Source: Lingula anatina (lineage: Eukaryota > Animalia > Brachiopoda). From it: a stretch of 64,000 nt of DNA. Below the pieces are notes generated by a model that was not told where the DNA came from, did no database searches, and saw nothing but the letters and a program-made list of their open reading frames with translations. Made by a program: the position numbers and the translations under genes. Shown piece after piece: positions 13,531-24,519 of the stretch. The DNA is taken from positions 31,868,001-31,932,000 of the forward strand of contig CM120642.1 in assembly GCA_051362555.1 (NCBI GenBank). Reading direction: 5' to 3'. Position 1 is the first letter of the stretch. The number at the start of each line of letters is the position of its first letter.

Positions 13531-15445
13531 CATAGGGACAGTCGGTCATCCGGGCACTTTACCTTAGCAACCGGCATCTGGGGTAAAACAAATCGGGCAA
13601 CATGGCGGATCGCACTGACGTCTATGTAAAAGTTGGCAGACTTTGTCCGAAGATATCATACTTCACAGGTCCTGTCCACTTGTGTCAGTGAGGATGAGTT
13701 ATTAACCTGGTCGATTTCCTTTACAGGCTTTTGTAAATAGCCGCTGCACACCTGGTTAAGAGATAAAATCGGCCTTAACTGCCGATCGTTATCTGTGATC
13801 TTACAGTGGTAGATTGCAAAGACTCATTTGCTTACCTGGATGAGCATAATATTCACATCTCTTTGAAAAGAAAACCATATGGAAGCAACTGATATTATCA
13901 AAGAAGGTTTCAATTGTACTAATGACTGTTGACGTTACATATTGCTGACACATACGGGTAGATTTTGCAGGCCTACTGAATTGCACAGGTACCGTTTAAC
14001 TCTCAGGCACGTACAAAAGTTAAATGGTGGAAGCTTGCTGTGTACCAGGTGACACTACCAACATAAAATCTAATGGGATTTGTTAAATTTCAAAGATCAA
14101 CGGAAAAGTAAACGACTGTTGCAGGCTATAGGTTGTGCAAACGTGACTAAAGACGGGATTGTTGATCGAAACAAGATTTGGTCATAGCTATACATGCACT
14201 ACGAGATTTGTGTATGTGTGTATAGTTCATTTTATTATAGATAAGGAAAAAGTCATTGAACCTTGTTTGGTATTTATGTTTGTCATTTGTTACAAGAATT
14301 AATAAGTAGTATTTACAAGAAATTGAGATTGCATCTTGTTTTGGCATGTGTGACTGTATATCAATTCTTTTAGTTAAAATTAATGGACTATAACGTCGAA
14401 CTTTTTTGCTGTAAGTTAATTGAGTTAAAAGATGAGAAAAAATATGTACGTATATATATTGACAATTCTGTGAGTTAATGTCTAAATCTTCAAGTTATCA
14501 AGTAAAATAAAAAAGTTGCCATAAATAAAGTGACCTTAACTGGTAAAATAACATACAGCTTTATTACCGTGTTTGTTATTCAATTTAATTTTAACCTTGT
14601 ACGTTTTGAAACTCAGCGTTCTGTATTCCATGATATTTCGCCAATTTTCGTACCAGAAAAGTGCACAATAAGATTGAAAACACTCATAGACGCATAGCTG
14701 CCAATATCAATACAGGAAACACCACGTGTCTTCTCTTCCAAAAAGTTAGCAAGCAACTGTTTAAGCTGTCCTTCCAGGCTTGCATTAATATACATGTACT
14801 GTATACAGACCAAAGAGGCCATGGGACCGATGACATTGCCCCTATCCCGTTCCCCTGGCTATTGCAGCAGCAGGTGATTTAATCACAATTTGTGGAAATT
14901 TTATTCTAATAACTTCTCAGTGTTGCACATTTTCCAGGCCTTTCTTACGATCCACGTTCTAAGAAGCCATTCCTATTTCACCAACTTATGTGCATGTATA
15001 TACTTAGGGTGGACATTTGCGTATGCAGTTAAGACCAATTTTATCCCGTAACAAGTTAAACAGTAGCTTATTACAAAGGCCTGCTAACTCAATAGTCCAG
15101 GTAAATGATTCAACCCGCCAGACACAAAAGGTCAAGCACTGCCTTTTCAAAATCTTCTGCCGTAAAATTCCCGATCACAGATAACGATCGGCAGTTATAT
15201 TAGGGCCGATTTTATCTCTTAACCAGGTGTGCAGCGGCTAATTACAAAGGCCTGTTAAAGAAATCGACCAGGTTAATATCTCATCCTCACTGACACAAGT
15301 GGTCAGGCACTGTGAAGTATGATATCTTCGGACAAAGTCTGCCAACTTTTACATAGAAGTCAATGCGATCCGCCATGTTGCCCGATTTGTTTTACCCCAG
15401 ATGCCGGTTGCTAAGGCGCGTGACGTCAGCCCGACTGTCCCTATG
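13531..15445. mobile_element. 1.9-kb non-autonomous DNA transposon with about 270-bp terminal inverted repeats
   Basis: 13531-13800 is a close reverse complement of 15173-15445 (CATAGGGACAGTCGG...CCGACTGTCCCTATG); no transposase ORF inside. Confidence 0.85.
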
Positions 15446-15608
15446 TACTAACGTGAATGTGACGAAATCATGATCCACATTGCAATCATTCGCATGCTAG
15501 CAATCTGCCTTATATTTAGCATAGAAGCAGTAAAGAACAGTTTCTCGTTTAAATAACTGATTTAAAACTCATAAAGTAGAATAAGAGCTTAATTAAGAGT
15601 ACAATTAC

Positions 15609-15722
15609 CTAGTTTTGAAACTGATAATCCTCCACAGAGGCACAGCAAGCAGCGTGCTTTCAACTGACCTTGACCCTAGTGTGTCGCGCACGCGCATTTA
15701 TGTGCAAAATACTCGCGGAAGT
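15609..15722. promoter_or_regulatory. Putative bidirectional promoter and non-coding first exon of the Tim8-like locus, head to head with RAP1
   Basis: Minus-strand donor TAG|GTAATT at 15609/15608; CpG-rich stretch (gtcgcgcacgcgca, ctcgcggaagt ETS-like) directly before the RAP1 ATG at 15723. Confidence 0.5.
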
Positions 15723-16486
15723 ATGGCGGTTTATTCGCATTGCGAAACTTTATTTACCAACCCTGATGGAACTCCTATGCATTTTTACATGCGCCCTTGC
15801 GACGAAAGAGCGATTCTTAGACCCGTAGTTGAGGTACTCTCTTGATCTCTGATGGCATAAAATATAAGTAACTCTGCAGCGTACCGAAAAGACGTCTGCT
15901 AGTGCTACAAGCTTATAGTGATACTGACGCAGTGACATTGCTACGTTACAGACGTATTGAAAGTATTTGCCATTATGAAGACAGTTTCTGTAACAACCCA
16001 CATTCTCCTGTTATGTATACAAATTGAGATTTAATTGCTCTCATGATCAGACTTTTTCTCCACATTGGCACACTTTTAATTCAAGGACTGACACATTTTT
16101 GCTTTCAGCATGGTGGTGGCATTTTGTCAGGGAAGCAAGGCAATGATTCAATAAAGTAAGAGCTGTTTAACACAATTTCTTTTTCTCGTTTTAAAAAACA
16201 AATAAACTATGTAGCTTAATCATTTTCACTTGCATGAAATATGTTCATTAGCACTCTGTAGACAAGTTGCAATACATGTAAACATACATTTGCTTTCTTG
16301 CTTTAGCACATCAATTACATATCAGAATAAAGCATGGATTCCATGCTAGAGCCTAGGATGTTGAAAGGCAATGATTAGTTAGCTTTAGTTAACATATATG
16401 GAAATATATGCAAACGATTCTTGTTAAGACTATGAGGTGTCCACAAAATGTTCCAAGTTTCAAGGACAGTTTGGGACCTAAGTAAA

Positions 16487-16535
<49 letters not shown>

Positions 16536-19500
16536 GGGGGGGGTACTCTACCTGGTCAAGAAAGTTGTGGTTCTTTCACCCCATGTATACTAGTACTAAA
16601 CATTGACAAAATGGTCTGCACTGGTACGTATTTACTGTTTAGTTGTCAATATTTTCATTTCCAGGCTGGCAGAACCTGGGAGTGTGGTGAAAAGCGATGA
16701 TTATTACCTTGCCAATTTTATAACAGACTGCGTGGAGAAGAATACTTTAATGGACATTGAAAAATACAGGTGAGTGCTGTCACTGAGTTTTTTTTTTTCA
16801 ATTTAACTTGATGAATAATAATATGTTGATTTGTACCCAGTATTTATCTTTTTTCAGAGCCACTGAATCAGTGAATCATGTGTCATTCAGTTGCATTGTA
16901 GGGTCCACATACCCAGTCCAATGAGTTAAATTTAATATGCATACAATAACAAAAATGTGATTATATTGAAAAAATATTATAGCATCGGATCAGCTTGACA
17001 GTGTAGAAAACACTTTGCTTCACCTTGCATATAACTTGAAACCTTGTGAATCTGTGATGATGTTGATTGTCTTCTCCAGGCTGAAGCCATGTGATGTCGC
17101 TGGAGAAAACATGATAGTTATGTCCACTGAGGCTGTAGATGACACGGACCTGGAGCCAGCTGAACACATCATCAGATTGACTGCCAAGGACAGACGGGGG
17201 TGAGTGAGTAGGGGATGTTAAATGCCATGTTAAATTCTGGTAAAATTTTACCATTTAATTATTTATTACTGTTATTATTATTTATTTTTTGTTTGGATGG
17301 GATCAATTCAGTATGAGATTTTTCTGTGTGTTTTTCTTTTCTTTTGTATCTCAGTAATTTTCACATTGGTGATTTAGGAGGAAGAAGTACATGTTGTCTG
17401 AGGAAGTGAACATCATAAAACATATAGTGGAAAACAGATTATATCTGGATGTTGGTGGAAACAGAGTGTGGAAGGACATGGAGAAATTGGAAGTATGTTT
17501 TTATGAAATTGAGCTAATATGAAAAAAGTTTTAAACATTGTTATGAAAATTCCAAAATAAATGTTTATTAGAATTAATATCCCTACTTTCCCTACCTTCC
17601 TACCTATCTATCTATCTACCTGCCTGCCTACCTACTCGTGCTTGGTTCTTATGTGGATAACATGAATAAGCTAGAATAATTAAAAATGTTTACTCATAAA
17701 AATTTTTAATTTATAAATGATTGAATGTATTGAGTCATCCATAGATTTGGAATGAGAACTATGTAGAACCCTGATACTGGATCTTACATTAGCAACTGAC
17801 CTACATTGCTGTCTCAACCTCATTACCTAATGAAAACTCTCAGATTGAGGCTGCAACATCCGTCACTTGCCAAGGTAAGTTCCACTATAAGAGTTTTCAG
17901 GTAGACATAGTTCTTATATGAAATCATGATGTGTATAATTTTCATTTCAATTCATCAGATCACCTCGCATTCCTGGCAGTCAATGAAGCACCACTACAAG
18001 ATGCACATCTTACCCAACATCAAGTCTTTTAACATACCTAGTCACTGGCCTTCCCTGCTGACCACTGCTTCAGCTGGGAAAGACGAAGAAGGTAGTTCTT
18101 TTTTTCTGTTCTCCTTAGAAATATTATTTTAAAATATTGCTAGGTTAGAATAAAATATAAGGAGTAAAAAATTAATTTAAAAAAAAAGATTTTAAAGCTT
18201 TAGTTTACATATATGCAAATGATTCTTGTTGATATTGTAGGTGTTTCTCTAAATTTTGGCAGGGAATTCAAGACCTAACTAGAAGGTGTGTGTCTGTGTG
18301 TGTGTTTGGGGGGGGGGATATTACTCAGCCTGGGCAAGAAAATGGAGGTCTTTTTGAATGAAAGTGCACCAAGGACTACCAAAAGTTGCCTTTATGGAAA
18401 CAGTAGCAAGATTTTGAGTTTTCTGTCCCAATTTCAGGTTCAAAGGCTGCAATGGCAAGGTATCTGGCACCTGTCACTGTTTCTACTCCTAAACAAAACC
18501 AAGGTGAGCTTGTGATTTTATGAGTTCTACTTCTTGTTTTGAAAGATGTGACTAATTTCAAACAACCATGCCTGAACAATCCGTCATTGTTATCTGAATA
18601 TATTCAAGCTGCATGTTCTTTACTTTGGTCTTTATAATGTTCTGTATGTAATAAGTAAGACATGATTTGTGTTGTCTTTGGACTTTTTTAGTTAAAAAAC
18701 TCCAAAAGTGTCACCTTTTTTATTCCAGGTAATTGTGAGTCAGAAGATGATATTGTAAACCCCTCAGATTTAGATCAAAATGAAGGAAAAAGCACAGGGC
18801 AAGATACAGAGAATCTTCCTGAAATTGATGACTTTGATAAAGAACTTTTAGAGATTGCTGAAACGCAGCATCAAAAGGGAAATAGTCCCAGAAAACATGC
18901 CGTGATGAAAAGCCAGATTAGAACTAGGTCAAATGATGCAGAGAAAGGAAATAAGTTAGACTCTCCAGGAAAACCAATAGAACGTGCCAAGAAGAGTTCA
19001 ACAGAAACCCTTATCCCAGAGAATACAAACCAGAAGGGACATTATTTGCGGTCATCTACAGTGATCCCTGTTGCTGGAGATTCTGAAGCTGAAGTAATTG
19101 GAGAGGTAATTGTATATTATTTACTCTCAGTAATACCCTTCTTGCTTCTAAATGAAACATCATAATATATAGCAAGGTAGTTTTTAGCAGGGGCGTAACC
19201 AGGCATACGCACGGATGCACTGTGCGTACAATTTTTTGAGCCAACCATGATATTATTCTCCACAAATTCAGTGTATTTTTCACGGAATATAATCGTACCT
19301 GGGAATTTTCAAAATCTGTGCGTACAATTTTAAAAGGTCTGGTTACGCCCCTGTTTAGTCTCAGTATGTTTAGGCAATGCATGCAATTAGTATATGTAAA
19401 CACCTGGACCATTAACATAAGAGAAGGAAACAATTTAGAAAATATTCACGAAAAAAAAAATCCCTGCAACAAATCCTGTTGATCATATCTTCAGATGTGT

Positions 19501-20520
19501 TAAGGCTATATGTCTGTGTCTGTTGTCAGGATGTGGCTGACCAAGATATGGTGGAGACTGCTGGAGCTGAAGTTGATATCTCACCAAATCCCACACACAG
19601 TGGTAGAGATAAACGTGGTGGTTCAAGTAGAGATAAGAACAGGAAACGAAATGGTAACTGTCGTACTTGTACAAACTCAAGTTGTTTTATAAAAAAAAAG
19701 CCCACAACTAGTTGATGAGAATATTTTATCACTTTTCTGGCTAGTGCATACTCACTAGAGATGAAGAGACAGGAAAGTTTGAAGCAAGTTGGTAATGTAC
19801 AGTATTATGATGAAAAGGCCAAGTTAGGTGTTTTAATAAAGACATTCAACATAAATAATAACAGTGAGTAACTTAAGTGTAATTGCAAAGACATATAGGA
19901 AGGGGGACTAGATAAACAAGCATAACAACATAACTCACACTGGTGGTAAGACATTTTATTGACAATTCCACTATTTCCAGGTTCACAGGTGGAGAACTCT
20001 GAGACACAAACGCCCCCCTCTGAACAACAACTGTGGGAAGATGCTATTCAGGTGAGGCTCTGTCTGTCTTATCTTTAAAGGTGTAGTTTATGTATGGAAA
20101 TGATGTAAGGTCTTTTGAGGACTAGAAAGTTATTAGGAAATATGTTTCATTTTTTATTTTATAATTTTTTTAACATCTTGTATAATGGAAAATAACACAC
20201 ATCATTCTTATCATAAGTTCTTTACAGCGTTATTTACATGATATATTATATATCAAATGCACATGTGGGCACATGCGCACGCACACACACATTTGCATGC
20301 ACACACTCACACTGCAGTGTGTAACTTACAGTAATATAATCTTATTCAGGCTCTGATGAAAAGATATCACCTTGAGAGGGATGAAGTGATCACCCTGTTG
20401 TACATAAACAGTGGCAGTGTGGGAGACACCATCCATTACATTGAGGAAGGCACTGATCTGCAGGGTAAGATCTTAGTGATTTGTAAGATAAGATATAGAT
20501 TGGATATACCAGTAAACTTT

Positions 20521-20555
<35 letters not shown>

Positions 20556-20908
20556 CACATATATATAATACACAATAGAGAAAAAAAGCAAGTCATATTT
20601 ATTAAAACCAGCTCTTCTGTTATGTACGTTGATTTAAGTAGTGTAAAACTTTGAGCGAATGGTCCTTTGAAACTTTTCCTCAAGTTCCACATTGAAAGTA
20701 ATTTCAAAGGTGACTGAAAGCAGTCTGTCTTATCTGTATATTAAGCTATAAGAAGTCTAACTGCTTGTCTTCAGGTCGCCCAGCCTGGACGGAGGAAGAT
20801 GACCAGACATTGTTAAGTGCTAACACTAAAGACATGAGAAAACTCAGACAGAAATTTGAAAGTGATGGCGTCAACAGACGAGCGCTATTTCTGGAGAAGA
20901 TGCAGTAA
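15723..20908 (+). CDS. TERF2IP: Shelterin subunit RAP1 (BRCT, Myb, C-terminal RCT); about 13 exons
   Basis: BRCT start HCETLFTNPDGTPMHFYMRPC..VEHGGG; Myb region GRKKY..VGGNRVWKDME..HSWQSMKHHYK; RCT PAWTEEDDQTLL..LRQKFESDGVNRRALFL. First exons 15723-15833, 16109-16155, 16665-16769; stop at 20906-20908. Confidence 0.9.
16489..16543. repeat. (GT)n followed by a poly-G tract
   Basis: Read directly. Confidence 0.9.
19188..19353. mobile_element. hAT5-like MITE with 5-bp TSD
   Basis: Perfect 15-bp TIR CAGGGGCGTAACCAG / CTGGTTACGCCCCTG; TTTAG duplicated on both sides; internal GTGCGTACAATTTT repeated. Confidence 0.85.
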
Positions 20909-22023
20909 ACGCTTTCACAGTGACTGTACACTACAAGCTAATAGAGAATGCCGGCTGGGTTGTATGTTGCCAGAGTATAATATCTTTAGATCTGAAACGA
21001 TTTGGTGAACTGATCTTGATGTTTGTTCAGGCCTTCTATCTTGGTCTCCATCGCTGATATACAATTCATAAGTTTTAAATAAAAAAGATTCGATCTTGTG
21101 ATAGGAGACTAAGGAGCAGTTGTTCAGTGAAATTATTTTACCACACAAGTTTTAAATAAAAGTAAAAAATGGAACTATGTAAATAATGTACATATTACCT
21201 TTGTTAACTGTTTTTCTGCCTTAATGTGGAATATATTTAAAAATAGAACCTTTTAACTTGTTAGTTTTGTTGAAGGAAATGAAATTTGTTAAATTTATTT
21301 TCTGGAACTAAGTGTCGTTCAGCGCAAAGTTACGAAAGATCTGAAATAAAAGACGATCAATGCTTTCTCTTTGTGCGATTTACTTTTGTTTTAATAGCGT
21401 TATGCGCTCTTGCGCGGAAAGTTTTAGGGTTGGTAATTTATTGGTAAATTCGACTAGTTGTTGGCCAATAAGTCCGTTACTAGGCCTAGAATTTTCGGTC
21501 TTTCGATTTGTTTTTCATGGATATGTTCTCAGGCTATTTTGATGGACTGCACTTACTGGTAATTGATTAGAAATTAACTGTAAAGGAAAAGAAGTTGAAA
21601 AACTTATTTGCATACCCTTCATTTCGTGCAAGACTCGATGTTATGTTTGAATCTGCTTTTGAATTAAAACCTTTTTTTGTACATTTTTTTCTTTGCGCAG
21701 GCTTGGTTGCGGTTTCCCTAATTGCGTTCGTTTTTCCTCAGCCGCGACAATACCGTTACTTTATTGAGAAAAATAAAACCCATGAGGTCAGCAGTATATT
21801 TAGCATGGGTGTTAAACGAATTCATCTGGAACGCTAGGCGTTCTACCAGGAGTCTTAGTAGTTCATTACTGACGCACTTCAAAGTCGACTGTTGTTATTT
21901 TCTTTACTTTTTTTCTCCATTTCCAGCAGTTGTCGGTGACATAAATCCTAATTCATTCGAAATGTGTTCTCTGGAACTACATAAAGTTTGCCAGTCTCAG
22001 TAAGAAACTTTTAGAAGAACACA

Positions 22024-23447
22024 ATGGAAGTGCGCTGGATCGTCGCGCTTGTCCTCCTTATTGTTGCGGTCGAATGTATACCTCTTAAGGTAGGATTTTT
22101 ATATGATGAAGGGACATTTCAATTCTCCCTTTTTATTCGGATATTAATCGACATTGAATCACTTTATTCTAGCGTATTTGTCATTTATTTATGCAAATGT
22201 AGTGTGTTGTATTACACTATTTTTAAAGTTTCCGATCATGTAAAAAAAAAAGGAAACACTGATACTATAAGTCTATAACGTTAACATATAATGCAAATCT
22301 GTCTTCATCCTAATTCCCCTGCCAGCCTCCGTTCCTGTTTAAGCGTCTGCGGAGAGCCGTCCACTGGGGTTTAGCCAGCAGTCGACCAAGTCGCACTGAC
22401 GACACCTTTGCCGGGATAAGTGTACGAGACGAGCACGGCATGGAGTCCGACAGATTTGACGTGAGTTGGTTTTACATTTCCTGATTATATGTTGTTGTTT
22501 TTTTTCTTTTTTTTTTTTTGTTTTTTTTTTTTTTTTTTGTTTTTTTTTTTTCATTATCAGCCTTTTTTCATACTGAAAATTTTACTTATTACTGAATTTT
22601 TTGATACTTTTTTCATGGCCACTATCCGTCTACTTGTATGTTGATTGATCCATCTCTGCGGACACTGGCTGAGTGCAATCAATTTATTAACAGATTAACA
22701 CGCCTCCTTTTGTTTCCACAGTACTCATAATCACCAGCTTTCCTGTATTCTACTGAACACCAGGAGGATACGTGTTAATTTGTTAATCTGATTGCATTCA
22801 GCGAGAGTTGGATCGATCTCCGTAGACCGTCGGTGTCTATGGGAATGAACCCCTTCAGTTAAAGCTACTTCTTACGTAGAGACCACTTATACAGACAAAA
22901 AAGCCAACTTCAAAGAATTTTACGTATAAAACATGTAAGGTATGACAATAACGAGAACACCTGACACTGTTCACTCGGCTGGTCTCAGTCTTCGATATTT
23001 GACAGGTAAATCATCGGTTGAATTAGATTCCACTTTTAAGACTTTCACCAAAAGCCATCACGTTATTTCACTGTTTTCAGCGCACCGTCCACGTTCCTGT
23101 GTTTATCACCATTGGCTATGACAGGTTTGGACGACCCATTCAGATTATCAATCCAGTGCACGTTGCTTCTGCGGGGGTAGGTCTCTTTCTCTCTCTCTCT
23201 CTCTACGATTATGATAACCTGTTTTTCTCGTCATTTGTATATCTGTAAATTCCACACTTTACGGCTTTTCATTGATACACTGAAAGTTAAGTACAATTCG
23301 CTAGAAATCGGATGTAAGATTATTTACAATATTGATTCGTTAGTGTTGAATAGATTTATCTGTCAAATTTTCCAGAATTCACGGTCGATGGATTTATACC
23401 GATATCGCCTTGGTCGTACAGAGGAAGATGACGTCACCATACCCAGA

Positions 23448-23482
<35 letters not shown>

Positions 23483-23567
23483 CGACATTGGCGAAGTTCG
23501 AGTTCGCGGTCGTAGTGATGCTGGCGACGATTATTACGGCGATTGGTATCGGTCTAGAGAATCTTAA
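22024..23567 (+). CDS. Unrecognised secreted poly-Asp protein, about 162 aa; exons 22024-22089, 22326-22460, 23081-23176, 23376-23567
   Basis: Signal-peptide-like MEVRWIVALVLLIVAVEC; four exons joined in phase 0 with canonical GT/AG and no stops; KRLRR basic site; D13 run from a (GAT)n repeat. Confidence 0.75.
22617..22853. mobile_element. Degenerate palindromic MITE related to the TAGATCGATC family
   Basis: Arms GCTGAGTGCAATC..TTAACAGATTAACACG..CTCCT / AGGAG..CGTGTTAATTTGTTAA..GATTGCATTCAGC; a related fragment lies near 9605-9660. Confidence 0.55.
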
Positions 23568-24519
23568 TGCTTTTAAGCAAAACAGTTCTACAGCACATAT
23601 TTATCACATGCATCGCCAGTTGCTATGCTACGTATTATTCATTGGAGACGAATATTAATACTTATCATTATTGTAATAATATTTTCAGTTTGTAGGCTGC
23701 GTCCTTTGAAGATGAATATTCAGCCTTTAAATTTTCATAGATGGCTGTTGTAGATTAATTATTCCAGTCATAACTGACTTAAACTTTTCGCAAATAGCGA
23801 AATTTTTTTAATCCTAGAACAATTTGGAGAAAGTCGACGTGCGTTGGATGTTTGAGAACGTTAAAATGAAGATTTTTAGAAGTCTGATGTATGCTAACGA
23901 CTGGATGCCTTCTTATGGCTCGAAACTGTTCAGTGAATGAATGACTTACTTTATTTCAAGTTGTGTGATCTTAAGTGAAAGAATCCCAGAATGACACATG
24001 AAAGTTTTCAGACTTAAAATTTGTTGAACATGGAATACTTTTCGCTAGATTACAATTGTTAAACATACAGAAATACATAAAGGCGTCAAAAATGATTTGA
24101 CTTTTTTTATGGTTTATGTCATATCTTTTTTCGTGTATTTTTGTTCCGATCTGAATTGGAACTAAATAGTTTGAGGTGCAAAAAATTAATGATTTTCAAT
24201 GACGCATCACCTAGTGATGAAGGAAAATTTTGGTTTTCACATTTCTGACAAAAGTTTGGTTTTTGACACATCCACGCCCTTATTTAAAGAACAATTTAAA
24301 TGAGAACATAGTAGTCCGTGATGTTGAAAAATGTCTTTGGACTGTAATACAAGAGATACTCTGAAATTTTCAATATTTTATTAGGGATTCGAAATCAAAA
24401 TGAGTACAAATATCAAATGTGGGAAGATCTGCTAGAAAATGATTTTGCTTTAAAGACGTACCTAAAGTACACAAGAAATCCATTCTCATCATAAAATATG
24501 GTCAGCTTGACCGACAGAA

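Noticed and set aside
13879-13932. MEATDIIKEGF resembling a transposase motif inside the long-TIR element
   Set aside because: Stops after 17 codons with no further motifs; may be chance.
21300-21700. Telomerase RNA next to RAP1 (TTAGGGTT near 21424)
   Set aside because: Only a short match expected by chance (another near 11190); no supporting pseudoknot or H/ACA structure seen.
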